DNA of 56,431 nt from a virus: positions 1-56,431 of IMG/VR virus record IMGVR_UViG_3300045988_170861. One strand, given 5' to 3'. Position 1 is the first letter of the stretch, and the number at the start of each line of letters is the position of its first letter. Of this stretch, positions 28,801-35,335 are shown piece by piece. Made by a program: the position numbers and the translations under genes. The notes under the pieces were generated by a model, which was given only the letters and a program-made list of their open reading frames with translations, ran no database searches and was not told the origin of the DNA.

Positions 28801-30723
28801 GCCTACGTCATGAAATAATACATCTTCGAAAGCTCCTGTGTCCTCAAAACGTTTCCTTACAGCTTGTGCTTGTTCGTCTGTAATTCCGTTTGGTAAAACA
28901 ATATCTACTGCATCACCTTTTGTATGATATGAACCTTCAACGCCTCCAACTTCTCTATTATGTTCAGGTGTTCTATATGCTGATGAAATTGCTGAACCTT
29001 CTGCCATACCCATATCATCAAGAATACCACCAATATATGGTAATGCACTTTTAAATGCAGGAGTAAGTCCTTCTATTTGATTTTCTATTCCTGGTTGAAC
29101 AGATAAATTATACGTATGCATATTATATCTTGATAGTCCATCATCTTGTATTTCACCAGCAATACTTTCAATATTCGCTCCATACTCATTCGGGTCAGAA
29201 GAAAAATATCCATTATCATATAATACACGTGCAAAATCTTGTCCATTTTTTACATTGGATAAATCATAATGGCTTAATGTTTGTTTTGCATACTCATGAG
29301 CAAAATCTTCTATTGAATCAAAACTTTGTAACTCATTTGCTGTAGTATCCGTTCTTTTTAAGCCAGCAAAATTATTAGTTCTGTTAGCATTTCCAGCAGT
29401 AAATCTTCCACTTTCTAATGCCCATTGTGAATAAATATATTTTGTTAAATCTGGTCGTCCTATATCATCAGCAGCGATTTTTGCAGCTTCCCATGCTTTT
29501 TCATTTTCTACGCCTTTTGGTACACCTTGGTCTGTTACATATCTTGTATAAGAAGCAGCTCCGCTCATTGGTGCTCCTGTAAGTGCTCCTATAAGTAGAG
29601 AGTCAAGCTGGTCTTGACTAGCGTTCCAAGGCAACAATCCCCAATCTTTATCTGTTTGTGCATTTGAAATACCTTGCTGTACATACTCTTCTAAACCTTG
29701 TTGAGCCGATGTAGCTAATGTAGAAGGAACAGAACGATATGTCCCTTTAATTAATCTTTTAGGAATGCTTTCTCCTTCTACCGCAAGAGGCTTAAATATC
29801 TTTCCGCCAAGTAATCCATATTCAAGACCATTCGATATTGCCAATGATGGCAAATTCAATCCAGCAGTTTTCCAACCGCGTAAAAACGGATTGTCTAATC
29901 CTTCTTCTTTTGCTTGTCTTACTACATTACCACCTTCAGATAAACTTTCAGGTACAGATGTTATAGAACCTCTTATCATTGTTTCTAAAGCATCGTCGCT
30001 TAATCCACGTAAAAAAGGTAATTTTTTTAATGTCTGTGCTGCTGATGTTACTTTTGTAGCTGGTGCTAAGAATGAAGATGGATATAATGCAGCCATTGAG
30101 CCGACCATATTACCAACATCATAAGTCAAGCCAGATGGATTAGTTAAGTAATCTAGCGATAAAATATTATCTGCTCCACTATACTCTCTATCTCTTTTAT
30201 TTAATTTAGAAATAGCATTTAATTCATTTCCTGTTTTTTCTGCTCCGAATATATCAGCAATCCCACCAGCTACAGAACTTGCTCCACTAACAGCACCTTT
30301 ACCAAAATTATAATTATATTCAGCAGCAGTTGGTGCATATGTTTGTTGCATTGCGTGTTCAACTTCATTTGCACCAGCCAATCCACTAAATAATAAACTG
30401 ATAGGCGACTGATTAATTCCTAAATGTTTCAATTCTCCAAACGGCATTGCTCGTTCTAAACCTGCTACAGTATCTTTAAGTTTTTGTGGAATATATTCAT
30501 TATAAGTATCAGATATATTGTTTGCTACCCAATCATAATTATTAGAAATTCCATTTGCTACATATTCAGCATTATTAGAAATACCGCTGGCTATATCACC
30601 AGCGGTATCAAATATTTTATCTAATGTAGACTCATTTTCTTCTTGTCGTCTTTTTTCTTCTTCTGCGTTATATGTTCCAACAGGGCCTGTTGCTTTTATA
30701 AAGTTCTGTAAAAATTTAGACAT
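16840..30723 (-). CDS. giant polyvalent virion/ejection protein (4627 aa): glucosaminidase + M15 peptidase + N6A-MTase + SNF2 helicase + HExxH zincin + hydrophobic C-terminus
   Basis: Motifs YSQWALESGRF...NNFAGLK; SAYRTPEHNRE...H.H; ILEPSMGVGNFFG and NVPFG; AHSVGAGKT, FVDEAD, TGTPISN, QREGRILRQG; FWHETFHW. Confidence 0.85.
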   Translation of the reverse strand: MSKFLQNFIKATGPVGTYNAEEEKRRQEENESTLDKIFDTAGDIASGISNNAEYVANGISNNYDWVANNISDTYNEYIPQKLKDTVAGLERAMPFGELKHLGINQSPISLLFSGLAGANEVEHAMQQTYAPTAAEYNYNFGKGAVSGASSVAGGIADIFGAEKTGNELNAISKLNKRDREYSGADNILSLDYLTNPSGLTYDVGNMVGSMAALYPSSFLAPATKVTSAAQTLKKLPFLRGLSDDALETMIRGSITSVPESLSEGGNVVRQAKEEGLDNPFLRGWKTAGLNLPSLAISNGLEYGLLGGKIFKPLAVEGESIPKRLIKGTYRSVPSTLATSAQQGLEEYVQQGISNAQTDKDWGLLPWNASQDQLDSLLIGALTGAPMSGAASYTRYVTDQGVPKGVENEKAWEAAKIAADDIGRPDLTKYIYSQWALESGRFTAGNANRTNNFAGLKRTDTTANELQSFDSIEDFAHEYAKQTLSHYDLSNVKNGQDFARVLYDNGYFSSDPNEYGANIESIAGEIQDDGLSRYNMHTYNLSVQPGIENQIEGLTPAFKSALPYIGGILDDMGMAEGSAISSAYRTPEHNREVGGVEGSYHTKGDAVDIVLPNGITDEQAQAVRKRFEDTGAFEDVLFHDVGSGYHLHLEGYKGGLGTKGKTNIAEASVQFDNSILDFANDMLNNADGETTEFFKDKTIIDGRGNKLFKATDDNLRALIQRYPGIEDNIYDYVNSRQKQNNEPLTKSIKTTNTVKPSSNENKSTNNNKIQMETPNLDRLREFARQRVKTSRNPEEIAKLQSLFKNNNEDNQFLDEQKAKQYLMKNYANEIANNQQVQQQQNNVVNDNVQKVESTSTANNILQNKILNPIQLANQTRIEARRNKLIKSGVEFAKNFTLPPQVYGSYKTPKQREQIVNEEPSNNVEQNQNIDLEPYFNQYINTLDTSLKKSQATNTLKKILPNSEISRQERIEKSISDDSYNVQKDGSNYYLVKDDKKEKITKGEHDYFNFLKDKLNKNNKEEVKEQKKSSEKEASTEQIEKIPENFKDPTVEEVKKGDEYTKQLFKDLEAINDHDIKEELKNKLIKIRKKYKDLMEKVFTPEGKGLGIDDILAESAIARKQAIEEAVAKDKEKQSNDKVTKEKEVDVKETNVTEEKTKEENKPQEENVEKEEKTKEQKSNKKNPIIYKFNDKIGMYNGFLRGNVITLTSKDAKKSNYTEKDFDSVDSPELSQRLLFGSNRKFDVTLDEIDNSLKYAGNKYSALNKIAKEKEAEAVEQWINKATTKEEQDNRRDIWENNPRVGRYSAVESRTIDSIVRVIDNIYNYAKDNNLINKTDEVKDNGVLDEEQNRRGNITNGSKQSEGTGSNEEERKSSSTSTENNRGEGQSTRGLDTNVDERPDTNGRLSGVDQTQNGSGNAGLGNDERKIEPLTTETVKEISNEPALINYRMSDKDNVGEGGKEKRYKNNIKAIKLLKQLEIESRKATSAEQKTLAKYSGWGGMTSVFSDEKTNNELKELLTDDEYRAAKESMLSAYYTAPNVVKSIWKIVDRLGFKGGKILEPSMGVGNFFGLMPEKIMGNSYLTGVELDKISGQIATQLYQKANINITGFEKLSSPDNFFDLAIGNVPFGQFRVHDAKFNKYKFDIHNYFFAKALDKVRPGGLIVFITTKGTMDNSHDSKRLRIYLKDKADLIGAIRLPDTAFKNNTGTNVISDIIILKKRIDPLKADINAKDWIETDLIDVDERMFQMNQYYIKNPEMVAGKITSISGRYGNDALNVSGKDIDLPKKLSKITKKIAEDVYEPLLNPVKDSKQATMEYLAPNKLRDNSYTIGKSGKVYQNINGKLEEVPKAKQKLVKDFVNVKNKLKQLLSAQVDNKISDTAISKIRTELNTLYDTFVENNGYLNNKNNSRYLATDPEYGMVSAIERYSEDKKTKKVTVGKSDIFNMRTVGLVKKPTKADSPSDALAISLREQGKVDIDYMANLVGKEPKEIVENLKGVIYKNPMTGLYETQDEYLSGNVREKLAQAEEVAKTDSSYKENIEALKKVQPVDLVPEEITVNLGASWIPASDIKQFAAETVGVNSDYIDVIYLPANGEWAVKADTWVKNNVSFTETWGISNRWSFDKLLEAALNQKRPVIKKTISENKSVVDDDATTAANNMIDNIKKAFNDWIWSDEKRTKRLLDYYNTNFNNWKLREYDGSHLILPGYSLIAPPLRKHQKDAVWRIMQNSNTLLAHSVGAGKTWTMQTAAMEMRRLGICKKPLFVIPGHMIQQFANEFRQIYPNVQLLIVSSENLPEVTKKDKDSSRKSEKIAQRQRILTQIATEDWDGIIISHDMFKRIPMSPEAYNEFYREQENSLEQAIREINSQGDKSLLDSMVTRNLEKSIINLKTKLKRDIAEEKKDMVIPFEELGIDQIFVDEADLFKNLSFTTKMQRVAGLSNTGSQRSMDMYLKTKYITKTNGGRGVVFATGTPISNTLAEMYTMMRYLDEDNLRKNNLLYFDNWANQFVDITQTVERNPDGNGYRAVNKASAFVNKPEMVKMFRKFADVKRPEDLHLKVPKMKTGKRIVVSVEASSALKDFITNDVKNRAEMIRQRKVDPTEDNMLKLTGELRKASLDVRLINPEVPVSQAGTKISSLVDNVYKEYKDSNSTKGAQLIFCDLSTPAGVSDKNNDNVDVDTDNENDISNGKFNVYHEIKRQLIEKGIKENEIAFIHDAKTRAKKQELFDNVNNGKVRVLIGSTEKMGAGTNCQKKLVALHHLDCPWRPRDIEQREGRILRQGNENKEVGIYTYVTKDSFDANMWEKIKNKQHFISEALSADITQRIIEDNDVLAMSFAEAESLASGNPLMAEKVLIDAEVGKYTSLKNSFDKKQSRIKRELEKLPGKIENATKASEKATLDVKQHKDISGKNFSIKIGNRLFTDRKKAQLALDKITEPILKEQNKNNTKIGEIAGFDLKARFVPTSTTLYGHTTKTSGEVILTLVNNWSYEAKNSIRSIEATVNNMPQKIVETNNDIIKQSVERQKELTKEMNKKFADEDKLNELLAKQADINSKLNIGVDNNVDNNYDEDMTDNVVESEDDNVVKEENAPKKDDADFLNEHIIVGSLTKEGIKTTKSTKEKSSPEQSINVDDFDFSNEKPVKYVDTIHINKDTKEKIDNIKDIYNYYFGYDSNLQTTTGNMRKIVLRMRNRLLMIPEVSNSSAQNLKQNVKKYIEPIIKSLAKDDVDNKGKYNGFINIFKNDKLAAKKNTSPYEINPDKTIDEFADIITSMIEKKKEIEAKKGNSSDSSSGSIENVDDDKFTLDTHTDTRNGELKYRVKVKEQMNFQQLKSLAKQSGGGYSRFAKGFLFSSSEDRQKFVNAVRGITDKEQSSNYSFAEDMYKKLDEYVDIREKADFDNVKIGDYEKEISAIGDRMGTPIYWFTGPKGFRGWHSHGTTYLNVNGNWSHPKVFWHETFHWIARNNPSLFNDMLNDMKKRVTPKQIEDYRKTVWRGDKLSEDKIIEEMMADGFYDVVKRVKYLRNLGKENKSLAKRLISFIRDLMNRFTDFLNNPKAGLTNTQKKSMFKNFMKLSSSIVDNQGNKLFERGKNGEIKINDNRDFYSIGKEEEESLIRQYGEDYMSVLFDDDEYNSQFSADNDKSVDSATGIFKGAFKNIKNRFTKNKKDERIKIYSKSAHDKKVDELGNIGGFESILSSPERLAEKYVAFKPVFNYADNAMRKQLKNRHYYNKKLNEAFDYLENKDKDIEELNDLMFKGDALSEEYGKGITDFEKRADKIVEETGVKKGTAKAYIAIRGLLNECYELINRARTQIQTKSEIISKSKLEGLKQNKFVNILDEVQNEKDKDDVLVTYEIRPSHIRQDVCNKAQLEALRKDEAIQILEEKEGVTEKDGSTHIYGDDYSTPKGEKINLDNNKLYTVKYREAIPKVNKLEGYVPHFFHDFYVVVQNDDGTTTTVDSGRNVKEAYKKAEQYLKDNENAKLIIHPKRFDFNEVGIDEEYYAEMVGDGAYKKINERIANEFDMSIDDVEQLLNKKGDNKNKVRRSSKHRFFGNIQHRTGAKGYEDKDLNWVLRHYFNSACRYEALETEFKPKAISYFERIYGRIGTDNKYLNGTARYIKDYINDVNGNPSALENSISTWLNNRRLWRYLFTSRYGERAALSVAGNITNKISILKLGVWNVSSAMLNLTQLLNTTALLTDKNPIKAASEVMKAAKDIAALKESQTEKRIAKLKPDERKAMEDTGVLHELGLDSGAGYSKTSFGKWGDRSMILFKASERLARCATILAAYRKARNVLNKNHDDAVKYARDINRKANFDYGVNDAPNVFRRGSIISQVLFQFMKYPIKQFELMRDFIPFNGKKDATWQQKATFWGGWIFFAGAFGLPAEDLLWALVGLISEPVFGVSPKQAVRQFLLEASKDASLPERVAIRTLLYGGLSNVGIDISSRVGMNDIIPGLGEDYNKDANPVIKAMEKFGGATGGTIAQFYLNATKGDNLGMLRSISPGMYNIYTAAIGESKDGRGRITTKYDDAMSRIIRGMGFKSTNEAIDTELGSLKYYNMNKTSKEKQNAIDDYLDAEERKENLAPYAKKLKELGVKRSTVVKARKDRKKDRRERLKEKDTPEYYQGAEALSW

Positions 30724-30741
30724 AATATAATCTCCTTATTT

Positions 30742-32775
30742 TTAATATCCAGGAATTAATTCTTTTTTATATTTATCTGGTATTCCACTGAAATATTTTT
30801 CAGCCATATCGGTATATCCAGCTTCAAGTTCTCTCCGTCCTTCAAGTGCTAATATCATTGAATTGGCATACGTGCTATCTTCTTCGTCCATTTCTGGTAA
30901 GTATTTTGCTACCTCATTTTTAAAGTTATCAATGTCTTCAGCATCTAATGATTGTTTAGCTTTCGCATATCCTTCTGCTAACGGTCTTGACCAATCTGGT
31001 ACTTTATCAGATGACGAGTTATTATCACTATTAGGCATTTTACCAGTTAAAACATAAAGTAAGCCCTGTCCTTGGTCCCATACCCCAGCACTTACTAATT
31101 GTTGAGCAGCATCTTGACGGGCATTAGCTTTATTTTGTTCACTTTGATTTCTTATACTCATTTCCAATCTTGTTACATAATCTTTTACTTTAAGTTGTAA
31201 TCCCGTATTAAAAGCATTTACATCTTTTTGAGCTGCTGTTTCTCTAGCAAGCATATCAACAGATTGTTTATATTTTCTATCTATATTCGCTTGTGTAAAT
31301 TGTTGTGCTAAATTTGCCTTATCTATATCGCGTGCAAATCCCCATTGTTCTTTTGGTGAAGCAAATTGACTAGCATATAATTGAGCCATTTCAGGATTGT
31401 TTGCTAATGTTGCTTGTGATAATAAAGCAATACCCATACTATTTAAAGAACCATCTGGATTAACTCCTGTTGTATTCATGACATTTTGAAGATTATTCAT
31501 ATATTTTGCTTCATACTGCATAGCCATATCAGAAGCAAATTGACGTGCATAATCTTCTGGTATTCTTTTCTTTATAGCTTCTTGATATGCTCGTTGATAA
31601 AAATTATTAGGATTTACAGTAATATCAGGCTGTTTTAATAGTTCTTGTGGCGTTAAATTATTTATTTGTTCAGTTTCTTCCTGTTGTTTTTTAGCATTTT
31701 GTTGAGCTTGTTCACCTTGTATCATTCGTGCTAAATTTTCTAAGCTTACATCAGAGCCTGCTTCTGGAATTGATATTCCATTTTCGGCTGCTAATTGTCT
31801 AATAGCTTCTGCTCTCATATTCGCATTTTGCATATCTTGCGTATTATTATTTTGTTGAGCATTTGCATAGTCTTGTTTAGATTGTAAAACACCATTTAAT
31901 AATTGCATTTTTATATCATCATAAGTAGGATTATCAAAGTTTTTAACTTTATTTAAGCGGTTTTGTACTTCTTCAACTGTATTTTCTCCCCCTGCTACAT
32001 CTAATTTTATGCCGTATAAATAAGCAAGTTGTCTTGCTCCATTTGCCTGTTGTTGTGCTTGTTGCATTCCTTGGGTATCTCCATTTTGTTGTGCACTAGC
32101 ATATTTATTTTTAGCGTCAATTATTTGTTGATATAGCATTTGTTCAATAGATTGTCCATTATAAGAATTAGCCTCACCACCAGTTTTTAGTGATGAGGCC
32201 TGATAAAAAGAAGGTATACCAAATACATTTGAAATTGCATTGTTAACTACATTTTGACCTAAGTCAGACATTATATTATTACCACTTAACGAGCCATTAT
32301 CTTTTTGTGCTTCTTGCATTACCGCTTGATTGGTTAAGTTATTATTATTTTCATTTATTTGAGCTTGTGTTTGTGGCTGTTCTTGTTGTTGCCCTAATCT
32401 GCTTAAATCCATATTTTGATTGTTTGCTTGTGCAGCACTGTATATATCATATCCACTAATTGGAGTATTCAATAATTCTTCTTTTGTTTGTGGTACAAAT
32501 AATTCACCATTGGGCGAATATGCCTTAATTGCTGTATCAGTTAAACTATTACCTGTTGTATTTAAATTATCTGTAGCTAATGATTGATTATTATTTCCAG
32601 TTCCTGACATTTTATCTTGTAAATAATTTTGTATTTGTGGTTTTAAAAAATACTTTGAAATTAATGAGCCTGCTAAATATGCTGGATCTGCATTTTGCAT
32701 ACTCATCATCGATGCTATTTGATTTAATCTTTGTTGATACCAGTCTTGACCAGTTGAATTGTAATTTCCAGCCAT
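30742..32775 (-). CDS. Q/N-rich protein with internal tandem repeat, putative internal virion/ejection protein
   Basis: 677 aa, repeats KYASAQQNGDTQGMQQA... / QDYANAQQNNNTQDMQNA... Confidence 0.5.
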   Translation of the reverse strand: MAGNYNSTGQDWYQQRLNQIASMMSMQNADPAYLAGSLISKYFLKPQIQNYLQDKMSGTGNNNQSLATDNLNTTGNSLTDTAIKAYSPNGELFVPQTKEELLNTPISGYDIYSAAQANNQNMDLSRLGQQQEQPQTQAQINENNNNLTNQAVMQEAQKDNGSLSGNNIMSDLGQNVVNNAISNVFGIPSFYQASSLKTGGEANSYNGQSIEQMLYQQIIDAKNKYASAQQNGDTQGMQQAQQQANGARQLAYLYGIKLDVAGGENTVEEVQNRLNKVKNFDNPTYDDIKMQLLNGVLQSKQDYANAQQNNNTQDMQNANMRAEAIRQLAAENGISIPEAGSDVSLENLARMIQGEQAQQNAKKQQEETEQINNLTPQELLKQPDITVNPNNFYQRAYQEAIKKRIPEDYARQFASDMAMQYEAKYMNNLQNVMNTTGVNPDGSLNSMGIALLSQATLANNPEMAQLYASQFASPKEQWGFARDIDKANLAQQFTQANIDRKYKQSVDMLARETAAQKDVNAFNTGLQLKVKDYVTRLEMSIRNQSEQNKANARQDAAQQLVSAGVWDQGQGLLYVLTGKMPNSDNNSSSDKVPDWSRPLAEGYAKAKQSLDAEDIDNFKNEVAKYLPEMDEEDSTYANSMILALEGRRELEAGYTDMAEKYFSGIPDKYKKELIPGY

Positions 32776-32792
32776 TATTAAAAACTCCCTTC

Positions 32793-33512
32793 TTAAAATA
32801 ATCCGCCAAACAATCCACCAAGTAATCCGCCACCGCTAGTGGTTTGAGTAGTTGTAGTCGTTCCTTTACCTGCTAATGCATTAAGCGTTGAATTGCCTGA
32901 ACTTGCAAGCCCTGTTGAAGCATTCCACAAATTAAGTGCTGGCTGTTGAGCCGCTTCTTGTGCTCCTGCTGCTGTTGTTATTCCTGCCGATGCATTATTG
33001 ATATTTCCATTATTTATTCCATTTAATAAGTTCATGTAACTTTGTTGTTGTTGTGAAATAGTATTATTCACACTATCAGATAAATCTTTCATTCCTGTAG
33101 TTGTTACAGAACTATTCAATACACCATTATTAGCAAGTCCATTTAATAAATTACCCATACTATTTTGCGCTATGGTTGATACATTATTAGTTATATTGTC
33201 TAGTGCTGCTTGCGGTAATTGTCCATTAGCCAAAGCTTGATTATTTTGGTTTGCTTGATTTATTTGACTTTGTGCTTGATTATTAGCTGTGTTAAAATCA
33301 TATCGAACAGCACCTATTGAATTTTGCAGAATATTTTTAGCAGTATCATTGAGCCAAACTGCATTAGGTGCATATTGATTAGCTAAGTCAGCTTGAACTT
33401 TTTGCAGCTGTAGCTCATATTCTGTTGGTTGATACGATTGGTTGTTTACCGTTGTATTTCCTTTGAATAACTGCAAATCTATATAATAAATTTTAGGTTT
33501 GTATGCATGCAT
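32793..33512 (-). CDS. Q/N-rich protein with Gly-zipper C-terminus GGGLLGGLFGGLF; N-terminal Prp-type motif YIDLQLFKG; putative ejection protein
   Basis: Composition and motifs read from translation. Confidence 0.5.
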   Translation of the reverse strand: MHAYKPKIYYIDLQLFKGNTTVNNQSYQPTEYELQLQKVQADLANQYAPNAVWLNDTAKNILQNSIGAVRYDFNTANNQAQSQINQANQNNQALANGQLPQAALDNITNNVSTIAQNSMGNLLNGLANNGVLNSSVTTTGMKDLSDSVNNTISQQQQSYMNLLNGINNGNINNASAGITTAAGAQEAAQQPALNLWNASTGLASSGNSTLNALAGKGTTTTTQTTSGGGLLGGLFGGLF

Positions 33513-33533
33513 AACCTCACCTACTTTCTATAT

Positions 33534-34013
33534 CTAAATATCCCATGTTACATAATAAGAAATCCTTGTTATATCATCATGCATATGTACAGGTGATACA
33601 CGAGCCTTCTTACCTTCTTTGTTTTCTGCATAATAGATAAAAGAGCCGTCATTGAGCGGCTCTTTTTTAGTTATCTTATATCCCCAAAAACGAATATAAG
33701 CTTTTATATTTTCTCGTATGCATATTGTACCTAGTTTTTTTATCCCTAGCATTTGAGCAAATACTGTGGCAAAATCTCGCCAAAATTTGCCATCACCAGC
33801 CATTTGATAAATCATTAGCATACTATTATCTTGAGTAGTGCTAAATTCACAAAAGCCACGAGAAGGCAAATAAAAAAGCTTAAACCCTTCTTTTGGTTTA
33901 AACTTATCTTTTGTTTTTTGCTCATATTTTTTTATATATTCATCTAATATATTCATAAAATTCTCCATTAAATATAAAAGACAAGCAAATTGCTTGTCCT
34001 TTATATTATACAC
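33534..34013 (-). CDS. hypothetical protein
   Basis: ORF. Confidence 0.45.
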   Translation of the reverse strand: MYNIKDKQFACLLYLMENFMNILDEYIKKYEQKTKDKFKPKEGFKLFYLPSRGFCEFSTTQDNSMLMIYQMAGDGKFWRDFATVFAQMLGIKKLGTICIRENIKAYIRFWGYKITKKEPLNDGSFIYYAENKEGKKARVSPVHMHDDITRISYYVTWDI

Positions 34014-34392
34014 TTACTTTTTTAATTAATGCTTCTTGTAATGTTTTTGAAAAATTAATGTTTAATTCTTCGGCTTTGGCATTTAACCATGCAGGAATAG
34101 TACAATTTTTCTTTACAGTTTTTGTTCCAAATTTTTGACGATATATATCTATATCAACATCTACATATGATACAACGGCATTTTCAGGCAAAGTAAATTT
34201 GTTAGTATTAGGTCTAGCAAATATTTTACCCTCTTCTTTATGGTCTAAAATATATAAACTTATTACATCACGAGCCATTTCAATAGCTTCTACAAAAGTA
34301 TTTCCTTGAGTGTTAATTTCTAAATCAGGAACAGTTACAAAATAGCCACCATTATCTTTTTCAAAAATTACAGGATATGCTAATTTATTCAT
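34006..34392 (-). CDS. hicB: HicB-family antitoxin with C-terminal RHH
   Basis: YPVIFEKDNGGYFVTVPDL...GNTFVEAIEMARDVISLYI (UPF0150/HicB fold) plus RHH tail; RBS AGGGAGG. Confidence 0.8.
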   Translation of the reverse strand: MNKLAYPVIFEKDNGGYFVTVPDLEINTQGNTFVEAIEMARDVISLYILDHKEEGKIFARPNTNKFTLPENAVVSYVDVDIDIYRQKFGTKTVKKNCTIPAWLNAKAEELNINFSKTLQEALIKKVSV

Positions 34393-34425
34393 AAAAACAG
34401 CCTCCCTTTATTATAAAATGAGGAC

Positions 34426-34599
34426 TTATTTAAGTCCCCACTTTTTGATTATTCCTCTAGCTAATCGTTCATTTATATCAGGATGACGAGGAATATATTC
34501 TGTATTTACACCATTAGTATAAATATCATGATTTGCCCCGTTCCTTTTAAAATACCAACCATTAGCTTGAAGAATTTTAAGAAGTTCGCGTCTTTTCAT
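34426..34599 (-). CDS. hicA: HicA mRNA interferase toxin (57 aa; ORF track start 34647 is upstream of RBS AAGGAGGA)
   Basis: MKRRELLKILQANGWYFKRNGANHDIY...IPRHPDINERLARGIIKKWGL matches HicA (YcfA) motif. Confidence 0.8.
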   Translation of the reverse strand: MKRRELLKILQANGWYFKRNGANHDIYTNGVNTEYIPRHPDINERLARGIIKKWGLK

Positions 34600-34649
34600 T
34601 AGCTTCCTCCTTAAAAATATTATACGCCCAAATGCGTATAATATCAAGA

Positions 34650-35090
34650 TTAAAACTTAAATTTATAGCCTACCATTATATTTTTTTCATCAATGGCTAT
34701 CCATTTATTTTCAATATCGGCTGTTACAGCTATACCATTTTTGCTTATTCCTAATCCAATTGCATAATCATTATTGTTATTGTTTTCGTATTGCGTCAAT
34801 AATTGATTGGCATTCGCTAAGGATTGATTCAAAGTTTGAACTTGCGTCTGTAGCTGTTCCGATTGCGTTTTCAAGTTTTTCACTTGTGTCTGCGATATCT
34901 GAAGCTGTGTTTGCAATGTCTTGTTTTGCTCCTTCAGCTCGGTCAAGTTCGTTTCTAATTGCGTCAGTTGGCTTTCCGTTATCGTATAAGTCTTTTCTGT
35001 CGCTCCACAGACTGCACACATACAAGACCACAATAATAATACCGCCAATAATAATATATTTATATTTTTTAATCTTACTAAGCACATCAT
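34650..35090 (-). CDS. membrane-anchored coiled-coil protein (alternative overlapping frame 34777..35094 also encodes TM + helical protein)
   Basis: N-terminal hydrophobic segment, Q/T/L heptad region, non-repetitive C-terminal tail ...MVGYKFKF. Confidence 0.4.
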   Translation of the reverse strand: MMCLVRLKNINILLLAVLLLWSCMCAVCGATEKTYTITESQLTQLETNLTELKEQNKTLQTQLQISQTQVKNLKTQSEQLQTQVQTLNQSLANANQLLTQYENNNNNDYAIGLGISKNGIAVTADIENKWIAIDEKNIMVGYKFKF

Positions 35091-35335
35091 TCAAGTGTGT
35101 TCACTTCCATTTCTTCAATACAAGGATTTAATGCTCTAAGCCCTGTAAAATAAAGTACATCGCCCTGCATAAAGCAAAATTCAGGTACATTATCCAATAA
35201 TACCTGGTTAGGATTTTTAGATGTTTCAAAAATATCTTTAATCTTTGCTTTTGTAATACCTTCAATTGGTTCTTTACTTACAAGTTTAATAGTTTTAATC
35301 ATGATAAACACTCCTTCATTTTGTAACTTCCGCAT
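35087..35335 (-). CDS. hypothetical protein
   Basis: ORF. Confidence 0.45.
   Translation of the reverse strand: MRKLQNEGVFIMIKTIKLVSKEPIEGITKAKIKDIFETSKNPNQVLLDNVPEFCFMQGDVLYFTGLRALNPCIEEMEVNTLE

Noticed and set aside
17934-30124. Plus-strand ORFs inside the giant gene (e.g. 17934..18122, 18571..18795, 20362..20583, 21281..21829, 26199..26758, 27188..27712, 29130..29345, 29765..30124) and minus nested 26448..26708
   Set aside because: Antisense or alternate-frame to a strongly supported 4627-aa coding frame. Low-complexity Ser/Phe/Leu-rich translations are typical of frames shadowing K/E/N-rich coding sequence.
16840-30723. Giant ORF as a tape-measure protein
   Set aside because: Contains methyltransferase, SNF2 helicase and zincin catalytic motifs that tape-measure proteins lack. 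A 4627-aa tape measure would imply a ~700-nm tail, and no tail tube or sheath genes accompany it.
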